A stretch of DNA of 63,786 nucleotides, counting the filler, from Salisapilia sapeloensis CBS 127946 (Eukaryota > Protista > Oomycota): NCBI GenBank assembly GCA_023334545.1. It is 6 parts of 6 records of this genome, joined end to end, with 100 filler letters (N's around TTAATTAATTAA, not from the genome) between each part and the next. Parts side by side here need not be neighbours in the genome. Positions count along the whole stretch, not along the records: positions 1 to 16,879 come from JAADVB010000347.1; 5 more parts are not named here. One strand, 5' to 3'. Both the position numbers and the translations under genes were made by a program. Shown here piece by piece: positions 1-11,153 of the stretch; the stretch's first letter is position 1, and each line of letters begins with the position of its first letter. The notes under the pieces are model-generated. The model was not told the origin of the DNA, did no database searches, and saw only the letters and a program-made list of their open reading frames with translations.

Positions 1-1040
1 GCCCTACAAGTTGTATCAGCATCTCTCTCCTAGCTTCTATCACCTGAATCGTACCACATGAAGTTTTCCATCCATTGCTCTCTTTCCTGCAGCCTACTGC
101 GAATCGTCGTCGATGGCAACGTACGCATGACGACGAGATACCCGTGGTCAATACGTAACGTGAACAGTATATACACGGTATGGTATGTAGCTTGATCATA
201 GTCTGCCACACGATGTAGAACGATCGCGTCTTCATCCAGCACCTGTAGCGTCTGCACTTCTGTGCGAGCGTGGTTTCCATACACAACTTCCTGCAGTCTC
301 TCTCGATCACTCCAGGACACCCATATCGTCTTCGCCAGTTCCTGTGCAGTTCGATGTCGAAAGGACTTTGTGAACGTGAAGACGACACTACCTTTTGCCG
401 TATCCAGTCGACGCCGATCCATGTACCCGAAGCATGCTCCTCCGGTCGAAATGCCGTCCGATATATCAAAGCTGTCAATGATATCGCAAGAGCTTCGAAC
501 CAGTGCACTGTAACTTGTCTCGGTGAGTGGAGTATACGCAGCTCGGATGGCTGCAGAACGCGTTGTAGGAGGCCTCGTGAAAGCACTTAAAGTATTTTCC
601 AACTTCCCTATGTCTGTCGTATGCTCTCTTTTAGCATGCAAAGCGCTGGTTATCACATTTTGACATGTATCCCACTGTCTCAATTGCTTTCGCAGTAGTA
701 ACTGTTCGTTTCTAAGACCGTGGACGGTAGCCGTTAGTTCTGCATATCTCCCCTGCGTGGAGGTCCTCCGGTCGATAGTAGATCGATCTCGCAGTAACAC
801 GAGTCGGCGATACTGTTGCTCCAAGTCATCAATTTGCCTTTGCATAGTAGCAATCTTGTCTTCTCTCTTCCTTCGAGACTTCTTTTCAATTTCAGAGCGT
901 CTCAACCTCTTTTCCCGTGAAAGCTTGTTACCGTCACCTTCACCCGATCTGTCATCCCACATACTGTCATGCAGCCCATTCGCTGACTTTGGAGCACGCA
1001 GTGAAGTGCTCGCTAGCAGTGCCAAGGAGTGATCAGACAT
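1..1040 (-). CDS. Oomycete M96 mating-specific-like protein (basic coiled coil + START-like C-terminal domain); runs off the left edge
   Basis: ORF 30..1055, likely ATG at 1040 (MSDHSLALL). Basic/coiled segment REKRLRRSEIEKKSRRKR...IDDLEQQYRRL, then a START-like region (TELHRVA/YHTVYILF-type motifs: AIVLHRVADY..YHTVYILFTL). The ORF stop lies in a GT..AG intron at 54..4, so the gene continues outside the window. Confidence 0.6.
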
Positions 1041-1217
1041 GTCGTATAAAAGCAAAAGTGAGGTTCCAAGGAAATTTCTATATTCGAGTTGCGTGATCGC
1101 GTAGCAGCGTGAAGCTGATCGGTACTAATGGGAGCGGAATTTCTACTCGTCGAATCAGGTACGGTCCAAGGGACCAGAGACTATTAATAAGCTAGAGTTT
1201 CAGGTCGTGCAGTCAAG

Positions 1218-2282
1218 ATGGAAGTCCCTCGTGACGTGTTCGATGTTGTTAGTAACCTAGTTAATCAAGTGTGTGCGGCGGAAGACAACAGTGCGAGTCT
1301 ATCGTTTCCCAGCTTGCAGGATCTGCTGGGTGGTTCGTCTAGTGCACGATCCGAGGCATCTCCTGAGCTGATTACAGCAGCCGAAACAGCTTCGAGGAGG
1401 TACTCTGTCCATGATCTCTTTCCAGTTGTTTACGATGATGAAGTCCATCTTAGCATCATACGAAAGTCACCCTCGTCTCCCGCTACAAAAGCTACGAGAG
1501 ATGACACGACTGTGTGTCAAAGTGGTAGCAATCGAGGGCAAGTATCGTCGCTTCGAGTTCAATATCAACAAATGTCTGAACGGTATGAAAGGCTTCGGAA
1601 AACGCATTCCGATTTGAAATCAAAGCTTCGTCGATCCGTTCAGCAATGCGCTCGCTTTGAAGCAAAGAATGAGTTACTTGAGAAAAGACTTGCTCAATTA
1701 AGCCGTGAGTTGAAAGTGGAGAGTGATCAGAACGATAAAGTAACGACAGCATTTACACACTTACAGATGGAGTATGCACAGCTCGAAGCGAAATGGCGTG
1801 TCTATCAGTCTCATGTCGGGACACTTGAAAAGGAGAATGGACAGCTCAAGGAGGAGCTCCACTCTTCCAACCAAGAGCTTCGTCAACAGAGTAGCATCGC
1901 CGAAGAGAGTAGAAAGTTAGCAGATGCACTCGAAAGGAAGTTGAAGAGAGTAGAGAAGAAGCAAAAGATGGATAGTTCACGGCATGGTGAGAATACCAAG
2001 ATCGGCGATAGTAAATTACCACCACCGCCTCGACCGGGTTTTAACTCAAGTGATGCAAAGCATGTACATAGGGATCTGCATTTCAGAAACAACTATAGAC
2101 CAGAGCTAGCGTCGACATTTAATTTGTACAGGACCAAGAAAGCGAAAGACAGAGGATCGCATCGAGAAGACAAAGAAATGACCGAGATGCCATATTGGGA
2201 TTCCTCATTTGGAAGTACGGAAGGTGACGCAGAGGATCGCAAGCTCAAGGCTCTTGTTGCTGAATTGTATGAAGCGCACTAG
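1218..2282 (+). CDS. Hypothetical coiled-coil protein
   Basis: 354-aa ATG-initiated ORF with a long heptad-rich E/K/Q/L central region and no recognisable domain. Confidence 0.7.
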   Translation: MEVPRDVFDVVSNLVNQVCAAEDNSASLSFPSLQDLLGGSSSARSEASPELITAAETASRRYSVHDLFPVVYDDEVHLSIIRKSPSSPATKATRDDTTVCQSGSNRGQVSSLRVQYQQMSERYERLRKTHSDLKSKLRRSVQQCARFEAKNELLEKRLAQLSRELKVESDQNDKVTTAFTHLQMEYAQLEAKWRVYQSHVGTLEKENGQLKEELHSSNQELRQQSSIAEESRKLADALERKLKRVEKKQKMDSSRHGENTKIGDSKLPPPPRPGFNSSDAKHVHRDLHFRNNYRPELASTFNLYRTKKAKDRGSHREDKEMTEMPYWDSSFGSTEGDAEDRKLKALVAELYEAH

Positions 2283-2646
2283 ATAGATGCTCGCCTTCAT
2301 GAAAGGCATGCATTCTAGCTTCAACTCACTAGGCATGCCGTAATCGGTTTGAATCAAAACTTCTATTTTCAAAATGACCACCGTTCATAGCTGAGTAAGG
2401 TAGTACTAAACGTTCTCGATCGTATGACCTTATTTGCTTGCCAACGCATTGGGATTCCTGTGAGAAGGATGTGCTTCTTGAGTGACCGATCTAATGGATG
2501 CTCACTAGGTACACGACGGACTGGTATGCTTTCTTTAGAGTCTCATACGAGCATAAACCGAACGCAGACGATCCGCCGTATCCCACATCGAAGCGCATTG
2601 ACGTACATGGTGCAACCATGGAACAATTTATACTCATCTGCTACTT

Positions 2647-3684
2647 TTGTTCGTCAATCTCATTATCGATCCTTCTTACGGCGCAGCAAGCACTCCAAAG
2701 ACAGCAACGACTGTGCTCATGACTATTCAATCCTCCAATGGCTGGATGTATGAAGAAGATCTTATTCTACATGAATGTGTCAATCTGTCTCGAGGAAAGC
2801 AGTGGCAGCTAGCTGCGCAAAAGCTTCAGAGTCGAACGGTCAGTGACTGTCAACAACGTTGGAAAGCTCTCCGCACACTCAAGAGTCTCCGTGGGAAACG
2901 TCGATGGTCGTCTGAGGAGGACACTGCTTTACGAAAGATGGTTGCAAAGCATGGCACGAAAAGTTGGCAACTCATAGCGTCTTACTTGCCGAAACGGGAC
3001 AATCGACAATGTCGTGAAAGGTATGTAACTTAATCAACTTTGAAAGTATGTGTATCTTCATGCGGAAACCTTGTTCATCCATCATCTAGATGGGTCAATC
3101 ATTTGGCACCTGCCGTCAACAAGTCACCATGGATGATACTTGAAGACGAGCTCATTGCGAAACAGCATTCTATCGTCGGAAACGCTTGGTCGAAGATTGC
3201 ACAGCAGCTTCCTGGTCGAACGGACAATGCGATCAAGGTACATTGCCATGCATAAAAATAGATACTTGTTAATTGAGGCGCCTATGGGACTTGGCAGAAT
3301 AGATGGCATACCAAGCTCTGTCCAGAAGCGAAGACGAAGAGCTCGACGAAGCTTCTGGCGGCTGTTAAGCAAGATCAAAAGACGAGTCCTCGAGACATAA
3401 CCGCTCTTTTTGACCACGAAGGCAGTCTACGTGCCGACTCTGTCGTAGATAGTCTCACATCTACGCCTAGCACTCCATTCCTACCTTCGATTAGTTACGG
3501 ACACCCACGAGAGATGAGGGAGACGACGCCTACGCCAGCGCTAGACTGGATGAGTACCGATGTAGAGTTTGACCCGACGGAGGAAGAGATCGATGAAATT
3601 GTGAATGTCGTCGTCTCTTTCAATCTCTCCGCGATGTACTCGCATGACCCGGCATTGGGTCAAGTACTCTTCTCCACGGAGTAA
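2647..3684 (+). CDS. Three-repeat Myb transcription factor (multi-exon; 5' end uncertain, possible ATG at 2719)
   Basis: Three Myb repeats: [62 protein letters not shown]. Two short GT-AG introns join ORFs 2647..3033, 3040..3255 and a last exon ending in TAA at 3682-3684. Confidence 0.85.
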
Positions 3685-3826
3685 CTCTCAAGCAGATCAT
3701 AGCAAGATGCCGTAAACAAAAGACGTGATAAAATTCCAAGTACATGTAAAGCCAAGCAGCAGTCTTATTCAAATAAAAAGAAAAAGGAATATAATACCAT
3801 GTCTCCACTACCATCTCCTCTTCTTC

Positions 3827-4819
3827 CTAAGACGCCTTATTCTCAGGGCATCGCATCTTACTCGGTGGTTGCTCCGATATCTCAGCATCAAACGTCGTGG
3901 CCACGACCTTGGTGCCGCGCGTCTGACACTGGCAGCAGATGCTACAGCATTGTTTGCACTTGGTCAAGACGTTTGCGCCTTTTGTCGTCCGCCAGTGAGG
4001 CGGCCATGTCTTCTCGACACTTGGTCGAGCACGCATGCGCGCGTAAAAGTTCGCTAGACGAGGGTAGAGGCCGTCTAGCTGGAGGCCACAGCGGACGGCG
4101 TAGGCAATGTTACAAAAGAGAGAAAAGTCACAATTCATCGGCGTCTCGGCGCCTGGGACGAGGAAGCTATTGCCATCGAGGTATGTCTCCCACAGCTGCA
4201 GCTCTGCTTCTGTCGCCTTACACTTGGCATCGACGATCCGGGCGTTCCGACCGCCAGGACGTACTCGTCGAAGGTACGCGACGAGCTCTCCCAGCACGGA
4301 CAGAGACTCGTTACTTTCATTTAGACGCATCTGAGCAACGGCAAAGGCACCTGGTTCCTCTGGCATGGTACGAGGCGTCGGGAACACTCGCTCGACGTAC
4401 TCTAAAATGGCACTCGATTCATACACGACAACCCGTTGCTCCAACGCAGGCGCTTGTAAACCTTGTCGTCGATCTTCCGGTACTGGCTCTACGAGAACTG
4501 GGATACGCATACGCGGGTTTAACGCCCGGAAAAACGGTGTCTTCATCACACCACTCGCGAAACTCACGCAGACACTACGATATGCCACTCCTTTCTCTTC
4601 CATGGCTAACAGAACCCTCCAAGCTATCACCGTCTCCATGAGTATACTTTTACTAGTCTATGCTGCATATATCGACATACCTTGTGGACTCCCTGACCCC
4701 CAATAGAAGACGCGTTCACCCAGTTGTGGCATGGTATCGACAAGTTGAGCTTCCGTCGCAATGGTGCCCTCGGCGTCACCACACGGGGCTCCGTCTCCGT
4801 TGGCTTCCTTGTTCGGCAT
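3827..4819 (-). CDS. Glutathione S-transferase, rho-class-like (2 exons)
   Basis: Intron 4680..4624 (GTATGT..TGATAG) joins VFYWGSGSPQ (ORF 4658..4867) to AWRVLLAMEEK (ORF 3827..4639). GST motifs LNPRMRIPVL, YESSAILEY and C-terminal RPSVEKTWPPHW are present. Start at 4819 or the next Met. Confidence 0.88.
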
Positions 4820-5237
4820 GCCGGCACACTTGCGTTTCGTCTGGTAGCACTCCGTCGTTCTACTCAAAGGTACGAGGTATCGCTCGGCCCTCGCAGTTGC
4901 TGTCTTTTTTACTTGTGGCCATGATAGGACAAAAAGTGCAAGCTAAATATACGCTCTGGCGCGTAAACCTACGCTCAACACACCTGTACAGTGCAAGAAC
5001 GAGGACACGTCCAGCCTTGTTGGTATACAAAGTATGGGTGACGAGAACCTAGGTGGATGTACATTGGTGTTCCGACTGCCGTCAGACGTCCTAGCCTCCA
5101 TCGATCACCGTTTTCAGCCAACGGAATTTGACGTGGAAGAGAACTACGTGCTGATTGGTGGAGAGAAAAGGGGTATAAATAATGACGCTGATTTTGCTAG
5201 TTTGTGCCGTGACAATCTGATCCAATAACTACACGTG

Positions 5238-5714
5238 ATGGGTCGACGCAGTCGTAGCTCGTCGCTCGATAGCCTCGGTCGACGACGACAGCGACGACGG
5301 TCGAGACGAGACTCGCGGTCGCCGTCACCTCGACGCCGTCGTCGCGACTCGAGACGATCCAGAAGTCCAAGCACGAGCCGTCCACGCAGTCGTCGACGCG
5401 ATTCGCGTTCACGTTCACGCTCGATAGATCGGAGAAAGGATCGTGTGCACAAGAGTAATCACGAGAAGGATACGCTCGGTGGTAAAACAGATAAGGAAGA
5501 AAAGGTAGAGGAGCAGAATAGTGCATTCTCTCATCTAAGCGAAGAAGAGCAAATGAAGATGCTCATGGGCTTTGGCGATTTCGACTCCACTAAGGGCAAA
5601 GTCGTGGAGGACAATGTCAAAGGCGCGGCGGCTGGAGTTGCTAATAAAGAAGTCAAGAGAGAGTATAGGCAGTATATGAATCGTCGTGGTGGATTTAATA
5701 AACCTTTGGGATAA
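5238..5714 (+). CDS. SNRNP27: U4/U6.U5 tri-snRNP 27 kDa protein
   Basis: RS-rich N-terminus followed by the family signature [19 protein letters not shown]...[17 protein letters not shown]. Confidence 0.95.
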   Translation: MGRRSRSSSLDSLGRRRQRRRSRRDSRSPSPRRRRRDSRRSRSPSTSRPRSRRRDSRSRSRSIDRRKDRVHKSNHEKDTLGGKTDKEEKVEEQNSAFSHLSEEEQMKMLMGFGDFDSTKGKVVEDNVKGAAAGVANKEVKREYRQYMNRRGGFNKPLG

Positions 5715-6695
5715 TGCTTTTTTCATTGCAAACATGTTTTGTTCTGCTACCGATGTGGCAATAGGAACTCGTGCCGCAGTCACTGAATAAATTTTGAAGC
5801 AAGGCTCTTTTGAGGGCATGGGCTAGAGTGCATCGTAGCAAAGCCAAGTGACTAGATAAATATTCGAGGAAACGTGTATCGATACCACGAAAAGCACACG
5901 AATGTTCATCTGACGTGTGGTACTGCATGATGGGCACAAGCAGGTGTACCCATGCAAAAGGTGAGAAAAGCAAAAGTTCGATTGTATGTGCTAGTCTGAC
6001 TATGTAATCGATAGGAAAGAAGCAAAGTCATGCGAAACCAAACTTTGGCTTCAGACGAGCCAGTTGTCGTCTAAAGTGTGCATATTGGTGGTATGCGGCT
6101 TAGTCAATCCGTATAAATGAACAAAAGGACTTGATTCCGGCTCATCTCTCCAACGATTTCATGAAAGTTGTATGACGATGAAAGATTTATTGTCTTTAAA
6201 ATTTGTGCCGCGTGACTGTGTGAATCGGAGTACTTGCAGGTGAGTCATATAGTGTCTCTATCACGATAAAGTTCTTGAAGTGAGGCCATCTCTGGAAAAG
6301 ATCTGCAACTTAAAAAAGGAAAGAGAATAGCAAAGACGACTGCATCTGAATGCACATCTTTATCCTCTGCCAAGTTGGCTTTTATATGCTACATTGAATG
6401 CATTTGGCACTCATTTATCTCCACATACACTTCCTGTATCTAGATAAGAGATTAAGAAGAATTTGTAGCTGCTCATAGTTACCATTTTTAACACAAAACG
6501 AAAGAAAGCTATATCACTACCCATCCAATAAGTTGCCAATGCGATAAAAGATCATTTCGATACACGATAGTTGCATGCAACGCACAAGTAGTATAAACCT
6601 GAACGAATGTTAAAACGACTACATCTACATTTTCTTTTGCAAAACAAAATCATATAATTGCTTTAATTATTACAAGGTAAACAAATTTGCCATAA

Positions 6696-6777
6696 GTCAG
6701 TTTGCCCGAGCGGTCTAAGGGGTTGCGTTTAGGCCGCAATGTAGAGATACTCGTGGGTTCAAATCCCACAGCTGACA
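6696..6777 (+). tRNA. tRNA-Leu(TAG)
   Basis: Acceptor stem GTCAGTT/AGCTGAC, D-loop AGCGGTCTAAGG, anticodon stem TTGCG/CGCAA with loop TTTAGGC, long variable arm, T-arm GTGGGTTCAAATCCCAC. Confidence 0.95.
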
Positions 6778-6782
6778 CTTTG

Positions 6783-6790
6783 TTTTTTTT
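6783..6790 (+). terminator. Pol III oligo-T terminator of tRNA-Leu
   Basis: T8 run starting 6 nt after the tRNA 3' end. Confidence 0.75.
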
Positions 6791-6992
6791 GCTGAAATCG
6801 ATATCGATGCCTTCAAAATGGAGACATCTTCAGTATTGTGACTGCTTGATGCTGTCAGTAAAGGAGCAAGGAGGAAAGTGGTGGTCATCTTCATGCGATT
6901 TGCTGCTGTTGTAGAGAGAAACGTTTTAAGATACGCATAGGTACATTTAAGGCACACTGACCGATAAGCGAACACAACGAAAAGCTGTGTCC

Positions 6993-8021
6993 ATGGAGGG
7001 CTCCGAGCAACTGCATGCGCTCGTACTAGAGCTGTCGTCACCTGAGCAGCGTGAAAGTGCCTTACTAGAGCTGAGCAAGAAGCGAGAGGAATTTCCAGAG
7101 CTAGCGCCTATCCTCTGGCACTCCTTTGGCACGGTTGCAGCACTTCTCCAAGAAATTGTGTCCATCTATCCGCTTCTGTCTCCTCCGCAGCTCACTGCCC
7201 ACGCGTCCAATCGTGTATGCAATGCACTAGCTCTCCTCCAGTGCGTCGCCTCCCATTCGGAGACTCGCACCCATTTTCTTAATGGTACGTCCACCTCCTC
7301 GTCCACAATAAAGATATGCACTCATGTCCATTCTAGCGCATATCCCACTGTACTTGTACCCGTTCCTCAACACTGTAAGCAAGAACCGTCCGTTCGAGTA
7401 CCTTCGCCTCACGAGTTTAGGTGTCATCGGAGCCCTTGTCAAGGTCCATTTTTCCCTCCGTTTGTATCTTCCTGCCCTCCTTCATCTTTGCAAGTAGATT
7501 GATGATTCAGACGTGATCAATTTCCTCCTTCAGACAGAAATCATTCCGCTCTGTCTACGTATCATGGAAGCTGGAAGTGAACTATCGAAAACGGTACGAT
7601 GACATGATCTACACTTCGATTCCTTGTACTAAAAGTTATCCTCTAGGTCGCTACGTTCATCGTCCAGAAGATTCTTTTAGATGAAATGGGACTCACGTAC
7701 ATTTGCCACACACCTGAACGGTTCTACGCCGTTAGCACTGTCCTGAGCAAAATGGTCGCGACGATGGCGGAAACACCTGCCCCACGACTCTTGAAGCACA
7801 TCATCCGATGCTACCTCCGTCTCGCAGACAACGCTCGCGCGAAAGAAGCGCTACGACAGTGTCTACCAGATACACTCAAGAACCACACGTTCGACGAAGC
7901 TTTGCAGGAGGACGCAACGACCAGCCGATGGCTCCACCAGCTTCTCTACAGCATCAACACTGCCGAAACGCCAGCGACAAGTGCCGGCGCACCGTCCCTC
8001 ACACCCAATCCAACCGCATAA
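6993..8021 (+). CDS. CNOT9: CCR4-NOT subunit 9 / cell differentiation protein RCD1 (4 exons)
   Basis: [13 protein letters not shown]..[34 protein letters not shown]; [31 protein letters not shown]; [19 protein letters not shown]. Introns at 7285-7336, 7444-7497 and 7594-7646. Confidence 0.97.
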
Positions 8022-8260
8022 TACCACAAGCAGATCATTAGCACCCAACGTATATCTCTTGATGCATCCACTTTACTTTAACAACGTATCCACCCTCTAC
8101 TACTGCATAATCACTTGTATACAACGTAGACGATTGGAGTCTTCCGATTGGTACAGCATGCCTTCCATTTGGTACAGCATGGTACTAGTGTACCACTAGT
8201 AGTACTCGCCAGCGACATCTACTAGACTCGTACAAAAAGGAAAAGTACATTTACCCGATG

Positions 8261-10810
8261 TTAACGATACTTGCTCGTGACAAGCGCCTTGACGATGCGA
8301 CTGTACTGCGTCGCATACACGTTCTCATTGAGTGTCTCTAGTTTCTGAATTTGCTTGACCATCTTTTTCAATTCTCCTTCGAACGGAGACAGAGAGGCAT
8401 GCAGATCTCCACGACCTGCTAGTCCGTCTTGCAAGCACTGTACGACACGACGGAAGAAAAGCTGGAAGACTGCATTCGACTTGTCGAAGCAATACGGAAG
8501 ACTCTCCTCGAGTTCCTTGACTTTTGCCTCCTCCACATCCTCTGTCAAACGACGTGCTTCCTGCACCACTTGCGCCGTCAACTGCGACCCAGCGACGCCT
8601 GGAGACTCCAGTAGAGTGTTCAAGTCGTACCCGACGCGATTCAACAGACTCTTCGTCACACGCACATGGCGTCCAAGCAGATATTCTTGTAGCTTGGCCA
8701 CTAAACTCGACACGACAGCTACTCGATCCAGAGCATCCCTCGTCTCTCGAATGCGTTCTCCATCTAGACGATACGTCTCCGGCCACATCCCAGCTACCGA
8801 GGTCTCCGTGTACTTTGTCACGAGTGACACGAATGCACTTTGTAAGAAACGAGAGAAAGCAGTCGCTTCAAATCTCGCAAGACGCTCCTTCTCGCCAGCA
8901 TCAAGCGTCGTCCAGTACACATCCATCTCCGACGTCAACCACTTTTCCGTCGCATCGAGACGTAGTGCTCCACTTGCAATCTGCTCTTGTACTTTCCGCT
9001 GCACATAGGGCACACCAGATCGCTCGAGGTAGGCGGCGAGCATACCTAAATGAGCATTGAGCATGTCCACACGCAAGTTTTCCAATTGGCGAAACGCAAA
9101 AGCGACAAAGTCCACGAGCAGTCGCACAGCCTTTTGCTCCACTTCATCAGGAGTCAACAAGTCTGCTTGTTCCAATGCTGCAAAGCCTCGTTCGAAGCTC
9201 GAGATAAACTCTTTCGTCGTCGCGTTGCGTGCAGGTGCTTCCGCTTGTAGAATCACGAGTAGCACACGCACGCACTTGTGCTTTAGAGCAGCATACGCGT
9301 CCATCCCGCCATTCACCAACGCTTCCAACTCGTCCGCCACCAACGCTGCATTTACTTCCTCCACTAGTCGCTTCTGCATCGGTAAGACGCTAGCAAATTG
9401 CTGCCGTAGCTCCCCCAATCGAGCAACAAGCGTCTTGCTATCTCGCTCCTGTACCACTTGGTCCCAGAATGCTTGCATCATCGAGTCTCGCACTCGAGAC
9501 TCCAGCGAGCCTTCACTGTTGCTCGAATGCGCTTCTGGTACTTTAAATTCTGGATTCAAAATCAACTCGTGCACGAGTTTTTCATCCGAGAGCAACGATG
9601 CCACTTGAGATGGAGGCTCTTCCAGTCGCTGGGTGACTTTGGGCTCCTCGATCTCGGCTTCAGGTTCACTCTCGTGCGCCCCCGCGAGCTTCTTGTGCAC
9701 ACTACGCTCTACCTCACGCACTCGAAGCAACGTTGCGTCTTTGCCCAGCACTTGGGCAAGTGCCTGCCGCAGTTGCGCAAGTTGCTTCTGCGTCTGACGA
9801 CGTAATTCGTGCATACCGTCTTCTTCATGCGTTGCATCTGCATCGTCGTATTGAATTTTGCTTCGAAATACTTGCTCGTACGTCGTAAGCAGCTCTTTCG
9901 CTAATCTCTCTGCATCACGTTGCTTCCAGTCTGCAAACATCTCACAGTAAAAAGAAAAACGCGCCTTTAAAGCTGATACTAGCGCCTTTAACTGCCTTGG
10001 AGATGCAGAATCCACTTCCTGCGATAGCTGCTCCAAGTCAAGACACACGCGCTTGGCAGCCCATTCGAGAGGCTGGCAACGCTCGTGCTCTAAAATTTGC
10101 GCGGGAAAGTTACTGACCATACCGGCCATCAGCAAGACTTTGCTCGTTGCTGACTTATTCATCTTCAATTTCTTGTCTGCATTCTTCTTTGGCGCTGAGT
10201 TGAAACAAGACGGAATTGCGCTGTGCTTGTCTGGCGCTTGAAGCACATTGAACACTTGCAAAGCAGCCCTTGACAATGCTTTCTCCTGCAAGAGCCGCAT
10301 GCCAGCATCAAAGTTGTCACAAGTAGCTAGTCGACCCATGCAAGATGTCACCTTCCGAACCTCTTTCTTCACACATGAAAGCTCACTACTCAAAACACGT
10401 GCATCCAAGTGTCGTCGAAACCACCGCTGGATAAACTTTGCTGTCTGCACCTTGGAGCGCACTGCATCTACACTCTGCCACCGTTCCGCAAGTCGAGCTA
10501 CCATCGCGTCCGTCTGTTGCTGCCGTCGCGCCGACGCACTTTGAAGCTGCTCTTCTAAAAACCGTTTCTTTTCAAACTGCAATCGCTGATGCTGTCGTTT
10601 CGTTGATTCGACAACGTATCGAGTCCGTTCCGCGCGCTGTCTGCACGAATGTTGTAGCTGGAGCAACCGATCTCTCCGTCGTTTCCGCGCAGTTTCAACT
10701 TTCCAACTTTCGTCGTGCCAATCAATTCGGGATGCAGTAGAGGATAGAGGTAGTTTTGCCGAGCGTGCTTCTAGACGTTCTTGACAAGCACTCTTCGGTC
10801 GGTTTACCAT
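8261..10810 (-). CDS. T-complex protein 11 (TCP11/Sok1) family protein with IQ-like motif
   Basis: 849-aa ORF. Tcp11-type motifs: LVHELILNPEF, RVRDSMMQAFWDQV, LENLRVDMLNAHL, WPETYRLDGERI. IQ-like AKFIQRWFRR near the N-terminus. Confidence 0.8.
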   Translation of the reverse strand: MVNRPKSACQERLEARSAKLPLSSTASRIDWHDESWKVETARKRRRDRLLQLQHSCRQRAERTRYVVESTKRQHQRLQFEKKRFLEEQLQSASARRQQQTDAMVARLAERWQSVDAVRSKVQTAKFIQRWFRRHLDARVLSSELSCVKKEVRKVTSCMGRLATCDNFDAGMRLLQEKALSRAALQVFNVLQAPDKHSAIPSCFNSAPKKNADKKLKMNKSATSKVLLMAGMVSNFPAQILEHERCQPLEWAAKRVCLDLEQLSQEVDSASPRQLKALVSALKARFSFYCEMFADWKQRDAERLAKELLTTYEQVFRSKIQYDDADATHEEDGMHELRRQTQKQLAQLRQALAQVLGKDATLLRVREVERSVHKKLAGAHESEPEAEIEEPKVTQRLEEPPSQVASLLSDEKLVHELILNPEFKVPEAHSSNSEGSLESRVRDSMMQAFWDQVVQERDSKTLVARLGELRQQFASVLPMQKRLVEEVNAALVADELEALVNGGMDAYAALKHKCVRVLLVILQAEAPARNATTKEFISSFERGFAALEQADLLTPDEVEQKAVRLLVDFVAFAFRQLENLRVDMLNAHLGMLAAYLERSGVPYVQRKVQEQIASGALRLDATEKWLTSEMDVYWTTLDAGEKERLARFEATAFSRFLQSAFVSLVTKYTETSVAGMWPETYRLDGERIRETRDALDRVAVVSSLVAKLQEYLLGRHVRVTKSLLNRVGYDLNTLLESPGVAGSQLTAQVVQEARRLTEDVEEAKVKELEESLPYCFDKSNAVFQLFFRRVVQCLQDGLAGRGDLHASLSPFEGELKKMVKQIQKLETLNENVYATQYSRIVKALVTSKYR

Positions 10811-11153
10811 GAATGTTGGTGCTTGAGCTCCAAGTTGCCGAAGAAGGAATGAAGCTCCAGGACGGCAACAAGAAACATCGACGTTTCATTGGTCAAAAAT
10901 ACGAGGACGATGCATAGAGTTTTATACATATAAAGAAAGAGACGGTAGGAAATGGAAATTCGAAACCTGATGCACTCAGAGCAAGATGGAGAATGGGGAT
11001 CATGCGCAGACGAGAAACGAGTACGAGGGCGAGGGATGGAAGATGATCCAATGCACTTGGAATCAATAAATGCTCATGGAGATTGGTAACCGTCACGAAG
11101 CTTTAGGTTTTACCCAATTGCCACTTGTACAAATGAAAACGTTTTATTCATCA

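Noticed and set aside
5034-5228. 64-aa ORF in frame just upstream of SNRNP27
   Set aside because: No recognisable motif, and it lies in the divergent promoter region. Insufficient evidence for a gene or uORF.
5235-5420. CGA/CGT-rich repetitive stretch
   Set aside because: It encodes the RS domain of SNRNP27 and is not an independent repeat or CRISPR array.
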